Below, piece after piece: positions 7,304 to 15,706 of a DNA stretch of 41,769 nt. The notes under the pieces are model-generated. The model saw only the letters and a program-made list of their open reading frames with translations, had not been told where the DNA came from and did no database searches. The first letter of the stretch is position 1. The number at the start of each line of letters is the position of its first letter. The position numbers were made by a program, and so were the translations under genes. This DNA comes from Acidobacteriota bacterium (lineage in GTDB: Bacteria; Acidobacteriota; Polarisedimenticolia; J045), in the NCBI GenBank assembly GCA_027021395.1, contig JALUUK010000408.1, forward strand, positions 1 through 41,769, read 5' to 3'.

Positions 7304-9195
7304 GAGTCGATCACTTCCACAGGAGCCAACTCCAGTCGGGTGACCTGGTCGCGGGGGTCATATCGCAGTCCTGTGATCTGAAGGTATTTGGCGGGTTCGA
7401 TACCGGGGACGTTCCGATTCAAATCGATGTTTCGGCCGTCGATGCGGTCGATGAGGTCACCGATCGCGTAGGAAAGCGACATTCCCGCCACGGCCGCTTC
7501 CACCTGCTGCACGGCCGATTCGTGTCGCTGTTTGAGCGTCAGCAGGTACTGTTCGAGCGCCGCCGAGTCGTACCGTTCGTCCGCGTCGGCGCTTTGGGCC
7601 AGGGCGCTGGCAAAATCACCGCTGGTGACGCGAGCGCGATCGAAGAAGCGGTCCGACAGATCAAGGAACAGAGTCAGATCACGGCGGTTCGGTGAGGCAT
7701 CCGCGAGCACCAGCGCGCCGAGCCGGCTGTCACCTTGGACCGTGCCCGTGATCCGGACGCGTGCCTGATCGCCAGCCGCGATCAGTTCCGGAGGAGGGGT
7801 GTTGCCGTCGAAATAGATACCGATGCGGTCTTTCAGCAAACGGATCGTCCAGTTGTTGCCCGCCGGCTGCCAGTCGGGGTTGCCGTACTCGTCCTCAGCC
7901 ACGGCGTAATCCACGAAGGGCTTGCGCCGCCGGCCGTGATCGTCCAGAGTCAGGCAGTCCAGCAGCGGGCGACGGCGGGCGATCCAAACGTCGAAGACCG
8001 ACGAGAGGTCGGTCGGACCGTCGATGGGAGCGGTGTAAGTCCGCAGGCCGGTGTAGCTGCCGTCTTCGTTCGCCACCCAGAGGCGCCACGCGTCTTGATG
8101 CTGCTCGTAGAGCGAGTCCTTCGCCGATTGATCCAGATCGGCGGCGCTGAGAGCGTCGTCGGCCTCGGGCCATCCGCGGAAAAGTTCTATCGTGACCTCA
8201 CGTTCCTGCCACTGGCCCTGGCCGACAATCTTGTTGGCCAGGCTGAGGATGTCGACGCGCAGGTCGGTCTGCGGGGCGTTCGATTCGCCCAGCTCGAAGG
8301 ATTCGCCCGGTCTCTGTAGATGGAGCTGTTTGGTTCGAGTCGCCTTGCCCAGGCGGAACAAGACGATCTTCTTATCGTGATGGTCCAGATACCAATGGTA
8401 GCCGTGCGGCACCAGCAGCCGATCGAGCAGCTCGGGCAGATACAGTCCCCGGGGCAGGCGGACATTCTTCAGCGGCGGTGGCGGGTCATTCGGGTCGTCG
8501 AAGAGGCCAGCCGCGTCCACGTCCGGATTCTCGACGAAAGTCTCATCGGGGTTGCAGACCGCGCAGAGCGTCTGGATCGCTTCCTTCAGCGTCCATTCCT
8601 CGCTGGTGCAGCCTTGCAGGGTCTGCGCGGCCGCCGTCCGGACGGAGTTGGGGTCGATGAAGGCATAGTGATCCTCGCCGGGCACTTTCTGGTCGCACTT
8701 GTTGGAGTAGATCGTCCCTTCGATCTCTGGGTTGAAGATAAGGTCTGCCGGCCAATCTTCGATCATGCCCTGGTTCCAGACGGGAATCGTCTGGAGCGGC
8801 TCGCCGAAATGATAGGGCGCGGCCGTGGCGGTGACGACCATGTCGGCGTCGGCGTTGCGCGCCGCGAGTTCGACGTCTTCGTTGGTCAGTTCGCCCCAGA
8901 ACAGCCGTTGTCCCAAATCCCCACTTTCGTCGGCGATCCAGACTTCCACCTGGCGGTTCCAGCGATCGCCGATCTGCCAGTCGACGAACTGCTGGCCGAG
9001 TACCTCGTACGCCACGCGGAAACGGGCGCGGTCCAGACTCTCCCCCCCGGCCGTCTTTTCGAGGTCGATCGGGATCATCCAGTCGACCTCATCGGTGGCG
9101 CTGGGCGCATTTCCCTGGTCGTCCCCCAAGAGGACGACCAGCCGAGCCATCGGCTCGGCGCCGGAGGAATTGCGATTGTTCGGCGTGGCAGTCAT
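7300..9195 (-). CDS. Putative tail hub/baseplate-like protein
   Basis: 631-aa acidic ORF in the tail operon; C-terminal YAIGDLI...ITGLRYD...TRLEL pattern typical of hub proteins. Confidence 0.6.
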   Translation of the reverse strand: MTATPNNRNSSGAEPMARLVVLLGDDQGNAPSATDEVDWMIPIDLEKTAGGESLDRARFRVAYEVLGQQFVDWQIGDRWNRQVEVWIADESGDLGQRLFWGELTNEDVELAARNADADMVVTATAAPYHFGEPLQTIPVWNQGMIEDWPADLIFNPEIEGTIYSNKCDQKVPGEDHYAFIDPNSVRTAAAQTLQGCTSEEWTLKEAIQTLCAVCNPDETFVENPDVDAAGLFDDPNDPPPPLKNVRLPRGLYLPELLDRLLVPHGYHWYLDHHDKKIVLFRLGKATRTKQLHLQRPGESFELGESNAPQTDLRVDILSLANKIVGQGQWQEREVTIELFRGWPEADDALSAADLDQSAKDSLYEQHQDAWRLWVANEDGSYTGLRTYTAPIDGPTDLSSVFDVWIARRRPLLDCLTLDDHGRRRKPFVDYAVAEDEYGNPDWQPAGNNWTIRLLKDRIGIYFDGNTPPPELIAAGDQARVRITGTVQGDSRLGALVLADASPNRRDLTLFLDLSDRFFDRARVTSGDFASALAQSADADERYDSAALEQYLLTLKQRHESAVQQVEAAVAGMSLSYAIGDLIDRIDGRNIDLNRNVPGIEPAKYLQITGLRYDPRDQVTRLELAPVEVIDS

Positions 9196-9287
9196 GGCGG
9201 TCTCGCTGGCGAGCCGGATGTGTCAACCTCCGGGTGGATCGGGTCCGCCGAGCCTTCGCACCCGCCGGCCGGTGCCGTCGGTTCGCC

Positions 9288-9337
9288 GGGTGGGCGATGC
9301 CCACCCTACGGCGGCTGGTGGGCGGTGCCCACCCTAC
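9288..9337 (-). repeat. Two tandem GTAG-type REP-like palindromes (GTAGGGTGGGCACCGCCCACC)
   Basis: Copies at 9288-9309 and 9317-9337; the second contains the stop codon of 9334..9771. Confidence 0.85.
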
Positions 9338-9771
9338 TGCGGCGGCTGCAAGCGGAGTTCCATCCAGGTGTCATGCCAGTCGGGCTGAGTCGATTGAGGC
9401 GGCTGCTGGGACTCGGGCGCTGCGGTCTGGTCGCTGGGCCGCAGCGCGCTGAGCAGGAGCGGCACTCCGGCACCCAGACCCGCTCCGCCGGCGAGCAACG
9501 CCGCGCCGAGCGCAGCCGTCGCGAGCCGGCTGATCGGCCGCGGAGTGGAAGGGGGCGTCTGGAGGTGGAACTCGTTGCCCACCCAGACGCCCGCCACCGC
9601 CGATTCCTCCGGGTCGGTTTCCGGGCTCGGCCGGCCGAGTGTGCCATCTTGGAGCTTACGGACCAGGCGGCGGACCAGAGCTCGCTCCCGGTTGGTCGCC
9701 TCCAGTTGGCTCGCCTCGTGAGCCAGCCGAGTCAGCATCCATTGGTGCTTCAGCTTCTCGCGCCAGTCCAT
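9334..9771 (-). CDS. Hypothetical membrane protein
   Basis: GAGGAG RBS; hydrophobic LATAALGAALLAGGAGLGAGVPLLL. Confidence 0.65.
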   Translation of the reverse strand: MDWREKLKHQWMLTRLAHEASQLEATNRERALVRRLVRKLQDGTLGRPSPETDPEESAVAGVWVGNEFHLQTPPSTPRPISRLATAALGAALLAGGAGLGAGVPLLLSALRPSDQTAAPESQQPPQSTQPDWHDTWMELRLQPPQ

Positions 9772-9907
9772 CGAGCTCGCTCCTCGCCTGCTCGGCCCGC
9801 CGCTTGATCCACTCACGGATTCGCCGCTCGATCAGCGCCCGGTCCAGCGAGACGGCGTCTCGGAGGCCGTCATTCAGAGCTTCCACGACGTTCACACGCG
9901 GCATCAC
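9656..9907 (-). CDS. Small helical hypothetical protein
   Basis: Start adjacent to the upstream stop; overlaps the next gene by about 115 nt. Confidence 0.45.
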   Translation of the reverse strand: MMPRVNVVEALNDGLRDAVSLDRALIERRIREWIKRRAEQARSELDGLAREAEAPMDADSAGSRGEPTGGDQPGASSGPPPGP

Positions 9908-10122
9908 TTAGTGCTTCCAGCGGGGGCCGGCCCGCCTGGCGTTTCTTTGGCTGCCACTTCGCGGGCGCCGAGGGATTCGGCCAGGCTGACCATGTCCTTG
10001 CCTTCGAGGTAGTTGTAGTCCAGGACTTTGGCCACCGTGACGAAGTTCTGCTGAGCGATGTTGCCGATCTGAAGCAGTTGATTCGCGGCGTGTTCCGCAA
10101 AACGTTCGCTGACATCGGCCAT
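9904..10122 (-). CDS. Small hypothetical protein
   Basis: AAAGGAG RBS; MADVSERFAEHAANQLLQIG... Confidence 0.7.
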   Translation of the reverse strand: MADVSERFAEHAANQLLQIGNIAQQNFVTVAKVLDYNYLEGKDMVSLAESLGAREVAAKETPGGPAPAGSTK

Positions 10123-10199
10123 GTCAGGTTCTCCTTTCTGTTGTTGACTGTCGGGCATGGGTAACGGAATGGTTTCCGGCATCGAAGTAGCCCTCCTGT

Positions 10200-11357
10200 C
10201 TATCGGCGCTGCGACCGGCTGATTGACGCCGGCCGCCTACCGTTCGCCGTAGGCTCCCGAGCACGTTCGGGCGGCCATTGACTGCGAGGAATCAAGTAGA
10301 AGTTCTGCGTCTCTCCCAGACGGACCTGGCTTTCCTGGAGGAGCTGTCCGTTCGGTCCATACAGCCGGAACCGAATCGGAGCAAGACGCGGTGCAATCTG
10401 CTTGGACAGTTCACCCGGGTCCGTCCGGCGTTTCAATTCGCTCATCAACCGCTGTTCGACGGAAGCCAGCGCTTGTTGCAGGGTCGCCGGATCGAAGTCC
10501 TTTCCGTCTTTCCCCGGCGGTCCCGGCGGCCCGGGAGGCCCGCGTTCACCGCGCGGACCAGGAACAGCAGCGATCTGTTTGAGCTTCTGGATCTGGTTTT
10601 GCAGCGTCTCAATTTCAGTCTGCAGGCGTTTGAGATCCTCGGCGACCTCTTTCGGCACCAAAGGCTCGCGTTCGGGGATTGGTGAAAGTTGTTGCTGTTG
10701 GTGCTGTCCACCACCCCCGTCACAGCCGCAATCACCGCGCCGGCGGCGGGCGAGCAGGCTCAGCAGACCGCTCGTTTTGGTGGCGGCGCCCCAGTTACCT
10801 TGTCCGGTGTAGAGCGCGACGCGGTTTTGCGTACGCGCGATGACGCCGACCAGCTTGCCATCGTAAAAGACACCGCCGCCGGATTCGCCGGCGATCGGTG
10901 CGGTGCGGCCCGTCAATTCCAGCCAGCGACCGTCCCGGGACTTCACTCGCGCACGATACCGCAGGATGCGATCGACGCCAGCGGCCGAGGGAACGCCGTA
11001 GACGAGGACTTCGGCACCGACCGGCGGCGGTTGCTCCGCCAGCGGGACAAAGGGCAAGACCGCCTTTGTGTCGAGACAGATCAGCGCTGCGTCGATCTCG
11101 TCATCTCGCGCACAGACCACCCGGCCGGCGAAACGCCGGCCGTCGTGCAAGATGACGACCACTCGTTGACCAGTCTCATAGCAATGCCCGGCCGTCAGCA
11201 CCTGGCGAGGCCCGACGAGTGTCCCGGAACAGCCCGATTCAATACGCACGCTGGCGCGGTCGTATTGCACCAGGCGCTCCGTCGCCAACTGGCCGGCGAC
11301 GGCCAACCCCGCCGCACACACAGCAAAGACGATGGTCGATCGCAGTAGGGTTTTCAT
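10200..11357 (-). CDS. Secreted trypsin-like serine protease with coiled coil and short collagen repeat
   Basis: Signal peptide; VLTAGHC, DAALI and GESGG catalytic triad motifs; GPRGERGPPGPPGPPGKDGKD. Confidence 0.88.
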   Translation of the reverse strand: MKTLLRSTIVFAVCAAGLAVAGQLATERLVQYDRASVRIESGCSGTLVGPRQVLTAGHCYETGQRVVVILHDGRRFAGRVVCARDDEIDAALICLDTKAVLPFVPLAEQPPPVGAEVLVYGVPSAAGVDRILRYRARVKSRDGRWLELTGRTAPIAGESGGGVFYDGKLVGVIARTQNRVALYTGQGNWGAATKTSGLLSLLARRRRGDCGCDGGGGQHQQQQLSPIPEREPLVPKEVAEDLKRLQTEIETLQNQIQKLKQIAAVPGPRGERGPPGPPGPPGKDGKDFDPATLQQALASVEQRLMSELKRRTDPGELSKQIAPRLAPIRFRLYGPNGQLLQESQVRLGETQNFYLIPRSQWPPERAREPTANGRRPASISRSQRR

Positions 11358-11359
11358 GG

Positions 11360-12097
11360 TCACACCGTTTGAACTTGGACGCTCGACGGAGCCGGTGGGC
11401 CCGTGGCGTCTGCCTGGACGGCCAAGCCGGTCAAGACGTCGGCCGTCACGGATTCATCGGAGTTCGCTGCGACGATCTTGTAGGTGTAAGGGGCGGCATC
11501 CGAAAGAGCCGGTGTGTCAATTTGGATGATCCGAGGAACCTGCTGGGCGTCGTCCCAGCTCACGACAGCATCGGTCGGAGAGGTCGGGCCGGCGGTAGCG
11601 ACCGCACGGAATCGGGTCGCCGCGATGCCGTCGCTGGCTGGCTGCCAACGGAACCGGATTCGGACCACGCCGCCCGATCGAGGTTCGATCGACAGCAACG
11701 TGGCGCTGCCCCGGATTTCCGTCTGCTCGTTCAAATTGGCATCGTAAGTCACCAGCAAGGTCCGGTAGTTATCCGTTTCGCACTCGACGTGATCAGCGAA
11801 TCGTCGTACGTCAAAGGCTACGGTCTGACCCGACCAGGCGGAAGAGGAATTCAGCACGGCCTGGTTTCCCGGATCGGCGACGCTGGTCACGCGAGCGGTC
11901 TTGGTGATGCTGCCGGCGCCAATCGCATGCACGCCCGCCCGCCCCTTGATGCGGCCCCGGCGCGTGCCGCGCGCATAGAGGCCGAGCACGCGCAGCCGCC
12001 GGTATTGCACCGTCGTTCCGAGAGTCGCATACACCGAGGTGCCGCTGCCGGCGAACGGATGGTGGTTGTAAGCGTCTTGGGAAGTGAGGATGCGCAT
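11360..12097 (-). CDS. Putative virion protein with fibronectin type III-like C-terminus
   Basis: Beta-rich; YTYKIVAAN and PPAP FnIII-like motifs. Confidence 0.55.
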   Translation of the reverse strand: MRILTSQDAYNHHPFAGSGTSVYATLGTTVQYRRLRVLGLYARGTRRGRIKGRAGVHAIGAGSITKTARVTSVADPGNQAVLNSSSAWSGQTVAFDVRRFADHVECETDNYRTLLVTYDANLNEQTEIRGSATLLSIEPRSGGVVRIRFRWQPASDGIAATRFRAVATAGPTSPTDAVVSWDDAQQVPRIIQIDTPALSDAAPYTYKIVAANSDESVTADVLTGLAVQADATGPPAPSSVQVQTV

Positions 12098-12113
12098 TGC
12101 GTCGGCTCTCCCA

Positions 12114-12239
12114 TCTCCTGGCCCGATCACGATCGCGACCGGAGGTCTCCCGTGGGTTTTCTGGTCTGGAGACCTTCGGTCCGTCGGGTGGGACGGTCCG
12201 GAGACCGCCCCACAACAGGGTGGGCGGTGCCCACCCTAC
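12114..12239. repeat. Composite palindromic element: inverted GGAGACC...CACAAC units plus GTAG REP
   Basis: Near-identical to 18631-18822, 19349-19505 and 21904-21979. Confidence 0.9.
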
Positions 12240-12907
12240 CCGATGGTCACGAAACGCCACTCGGAGGTGAACGTGACGCCGTTGAGAGTCACGGAGGCCT
12301 TGGCCTGGTACTGCCGGTCGTCGGTGAAGTTCGGCGTCGATTGCTCCGCCTCGAATACGTCGTCGTGAAGGTCCGCCGCCGTGAAGGTCTTCGTGAAAAG
12401 GTTCACCCCCGACTGATGCTCGCGGACGACGACCTGCGCCGTGCAGTTGCTGTCGACGGCGTCGACGTCGACCTTCCGGCCATCGTGTTCCAGCCAGACG
12501 GCAATTTGCGCGGCCGACCCCGACGTGCTCTTGACGTTCATTTCACATTTCACTTCGACGGGCAGAAGACCTCGGCGTCCCAGTCGCACGGTCAACGGCA
12601 CCGGTTCCTTCACAGCGTTGTCGTTGGGGCTGGGTGTCCCGTTGTCGAAGATTTTGACGATACAGTCCCGGGCCACGGCCGTATTGTTGATCGCCGACAG
12701 GTCCAGGTCCCACAGATATTGGCTGCGACCTTGGCCGGCCGCGCCGGTCTGCTCGGCATCCGCGAACTTGTGCGGCGTGGTGGCCTGCGAGAACGATTTG
12801 AACGTATTATCCGCGAAGTCGAAGACGTCGCCGTTGGCGGCGTCATACACGCGTAGATAGAGGTTCGCGCTGGACGCGTATTCGACGCTCAGACGCTGCG
12901 TTGCCAT
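12236..12907 (-). CDS. Putative virion structural protein
   Basis: GGAG RBS, beta-rich 223-aa ORF in the late operon; stop codon lies within the REP. Confidence 0.7.
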   Translation of the reverse strand: MATQRLSVEYASSANLYLRVYDAANGDVFDFADNTFKSFSQATTPHKFADAEQTGAAGQGRSQYLWDLDLSAINNTAVARDCIVKIFDNGTPSPNDNAVKEPVPLTVRLGRRGLLPVEVKCEMNVKSTSGSAAQIAVWLEHDGRKVDVDAVDSNCTAQVVVREHQSGVNLFTKTFTAADLHDDVFEAEQSTPNFTDDRQYQAKASVTLNGVTFTSEWRFVTIG

Positions 12908-12949
12908 TTTTTCTGCTCCGTTTGGTGGATTTGCCGGTGGGCGGTCACC

Positions 12950-14647
12950 CTACGCAGCTTTGGCTGACTCGACCAAATACCCTTCCGCGCCCGGGCGCCG
13001 GTCCGAGCGGAACAACGCGACGGCCGCACTCAACTGCTCGTAGCTGATGCGCAGCCGCCCCCAGGGCCAGGCGTGCCAGGCCGAAACGCACAGGTCCCAG
13101 AGCTCCTGCAGCGTCTTGCCGCGACTGACCACCTGCGGGCCTGGTCCCCCCTCGCCGCGTCGGCGATAGCTCTTTTCGACCTCAGCCAAATCGCGAGTGA
13201 TCCAAAGAAGGCAGGGCTGGTAAGGCTTCAAGACCGGAATCCAGCGGTCGATCGTGTGGACGAACCGAGGGTCTTTGATTGCCCAGGGCGCTTTCAAGTG
13301 ACTCAGGAGCTCCAAGACCTCCGCTTCGGGAAACGGATCACGCGGTGCGTGGATCAGCCGGTCATTGACCTGACGGATCGCCGGCAATTCGGCGTAGTGG
13401 TCGGCAGGACCAAGGTCCCAGCCGAGGCGGCCCAGCATGGCCGCCAGGACAGAGGTCCCGGAATGTCCGATGCCGAGGACGACGATGTTCGGCGGCGAAC
13501 CGACAGGGCAATCCTGGGTGTTCGCCTGGCGGTCGATGCCCATTCTACCCGCTGGCTTACGCCGGCGGTTCGCTTGGCGGGCGGTACGGGTCCCGGCCGG
13601 CCACCATTTCTCGTCGTGCAACTGGTGGTGGGGCGGACCGTCCAGGTTCCACTTCGAAAAGAAGTACGAGGCATATTCTTGCCGGCGGGCGCGGAAGGCG
13701 ATGTACTCCGGTCGCTTGACGGGACGGTGGTCGACCACCACGTCCGGGCAATACACCACGCGCAGCCCGTGCCGATTCAGTTGCAAAAAGTGGTCCAGGT
13801 GTTCCCAGCTCACTTTGAAGGTTTCGTCCCAGGCTGCTTTGAGCAGCGCGTCACGACGGGCGGCGAAGAAATTCAGCCCCAGATCGGTCGGTACGTATCG
13901 GGCACCCCCGGGAGTTTCGCGCGGCGGCTCCTCAATCGGCGCCACGCGCAGGCGCCAGCGGCCGTCGCGGCCCGGTGCCCAGCGGAAGCGACCGGCGAAG
14001 TTCAGCACACGGCCGGGTCCTTGACGCATCAAGCCCGTGACGATTGAGACCTCGGGAAGTGCCTCCAGCACCTCCAGGAAACGCTCCAGCCGCGTTTCGC
14101 TGGTGAACACGAAATCGTCATCACAGTTCACGAGGATAGGGGCGGTCGCGTGTCGGACCAGATAGTTTCGCCCGGCCGCCAGCCCGACATCGAACGGGAG
14201 CTGGAACCAGGTGACGTTCGGCTGCCGGCGAACCCACTGGCCTTCCTCCGGGAGCTCTTCGCCAGGGCGGAGGGAATCGTCGGCGACCAGCACGCGTGCG
14301 GCTGGGTAGTGACGCTGGATCGATTCGACGCATCGCTTCAAACAATCGAATCGTCGAAAGCTCTTGATCAGAATCTGGAACACGTCGTAATCGATCTCGC
14401 TTTCGCCCGCGAGCGGCATCGGATCATCAAGCGTCAGCCACTCGAAGGAGTCCGCCCGTCCGGAGCGTCGCGCTAGTTCTCGGGCCAGTCGACACATCTC
14501 GGATCGCCGCGTTGAGCCGCTGCGCGCCAGCGGCTTGGCCCGCGCTCGCCCGTAGATGCCCACTCCGGGCGCCGCAACAATAGCGTCGCAAACCGCCGCG
14601 AGTTCCTCGATGCGAGAATCCGTTCTGTCGGCAAGCAAGATGCGCAT
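12950..14647 (-). CDS. GT-A glycosyltransferase (B4GALNT/GT12-like or GT2) fused to a sulfotransferase domain
   Basis: IKSFRRFDCL, VLVADDS, GLAAGRN, CDDDFVFT, NFFAAR; C-terminal IVVLGIGHSGTS (PAPS-binding loop) and WAIKDPR. Confidence 0.85.
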   Translation of the reverse strand: MRILLADRTDSRIEELAAVCDAIVAAPGVGIYGRARAKPLARSGSTRRSEMCRLARELARRSGRADSFEWLTLDDPMPLAGESEIDYDVFQILIKSFRRFDCLKRCVESIQRHYPAARVLVADDSLRPGEELPEEGQWVRRQPNVTWFQLPFDVGLAAGRNYLVRHATAPILVNCDDDFVFTSETRLERFLEVLEALPEVSIVTGLMRQGPGRVLNFAGRFRWAPGRDGRWRLRVAPIEEPPRETPGGARYVPTDLGLNFFAARRDALLKAAWDETFKVSWEHLDHFLQLNRHGLRVVYCPDVVVDHRPVKRPEYIAFRARRQEYASYFFSKWNLDGPPHHQLHDEKWWPAGTRTARQANRRRKPAGRMGIDRQANTQDCPVGSPPNIVVLGIGHSGTSVLAAMLGRLGWDLGPADHYAELPAIRQVNDRLIHAPRDPFPEAEVLELLSHLKAPWAIKDPRFVHTIDRWIPVLKPYQPCLLWITRDLAEVEKSYRRRGEGGPGPQVVSRGKTLQELWDLCVSAWHAWPWGRLRISYEQLSAAVALFRSDRRPGAEGYLVESAKAA

Positions 14648-14649
14648 CG

Positions 14650-14979
14650 CTACTCCGCCCAACTCTGTTCCAATTGTTTCATCCGCTCTTTCAAGTCCGA
14701 GAGGTGCAGATCGATCCGCTCAAGAATGGCCCGCTGATGCTCAGCGATCTCGACCAATTTGCGGATCGTGTCTTCCAGACTGCGCCGGGAATACCACAGT
14801 TTCACGCCGTTCTGGTCATTGACGTTGTGCCACTCCCACAGGTCCCGGGTCTGTTGCGCGATCGTTTCGAGCTTGGATCGGCGCGCGGCATCCCGGCGAT
14901 CACGCAGCTCGTCGAGCACGATCTTGATGACGATCACGGCGAAGGTACCGCCCACACCAATTTGAGAGATCAGGTCCAT
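14650..14979 (-). CDS. Holin-like membrane protein (one TM helix plus coiled coil)
   Basis: QIGVGGTFAVIVIKIVL followed by charged helices; located after the tail fibre genes. Confidence 0.5.
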   Translation of the reverse strand: MDLISQIGVGGTFAVIVIKIVLDELRDRRDAARRSKLETIAQQTRDLWEWHNVNDQNGVKLWYSRRSLEDTIRKLVEIAEHQRAILERIDLHLSDLKERMKQLEQSWAE

Positions 14980-14980
14980 C

Positions 14981-15706
14981 TTAAATTCCCAGAAACATCA
15001 AAAACGGCGCCCCTTTCGCTGGGACTTCGCCGAACGGATAGGACAGCGCGTTTGCGCTGTTGTAGAGTTCACTTACCTCAGATTGGCTTAACGCTCGCCT
15101 CCAAAACCCCATCTCATCGATCCGGCCCGGGAAATAGTCGACGGAGTACCCGCCGGAGATTCGGCACCCGACGCAATATTTTCCCGAGGACGTGAAACCG
15201 CTAGTTGTTCCACTCCAGGAGTTCGCGGTCCGAGTCGCGTTCGAGTAGAACTCGATTTCGACGCCGTTCTTGATCACGAATACCAGATGCCGCCACGCGC
15301 CCGAGGTCCACGCATTGGCCGATCGCACGATGAGCGGCTGAGTCATGCTCGCCGAGTCCTTCAGCAGGCCCTCGTAGTAGTAGTAGCCCGACGGGTCTTT
15401 CACCATGCGGACGGCAAACTCGATGTTCGTGTCTCCCTTATAGACCAGATAGACATCATCAGCCGGCGTCGTCGTATAAGCCCACAGACTGATCGTCAGG
15501 TCCGACGTTCCAAGGCGAAAGTCGGGATGGTCATCGACATAGAGCCACGTACTTGTCCCCACGCGCACAGCGTATCCGAGTATCCCTGGGTCAGGCTGTG
15601 GGGATCCCACCGCATTGAGCGTGTGGGGGCCGTGGGAGTCGGCACGATTGCCGGTCGTGTTTTCGTCGAACTTCCAGTACGAGACCAGGCTGTCTAGCAA
15701 GCTCAT
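14981..15706 (-). CDS. LamG/concanavalin-like jelly-roll protein
   Basis: LVSYWKFDE, TISLW, WRHLVFV, FPGRIDEMGFWRRALSQSEVSELYN. Confidence 0.88.
   Translation of the reverse strand: MSLLDSLVSYWKFDENTTGNRADSHGPHTLNAVGSPQPDPGILGYAVRVGTSTWLYVDDHPDFRLGTSDLTISLWAYTTTPADDVYLVYKGDTNIEFAVRMVKDPSGYYYYEGLLKDSASMTQPLIVRSANAWTSGAWRHLVFVIKNGVEIEFYSNATRTANSWSGTTSGFTSSGKYCVGCRISGGYSVDYFPGRIDEMGFWRRALSQSEVSELYNSANALSYPFGEVPAKGAPFLMFLGI

Noticed and set aside
9904-10122. RebB/R-body-like identity of the small Ala/Gln/Asn-rich ORF
   Set aside because: Only compositional resemblance; the recalled RebB motif is absent
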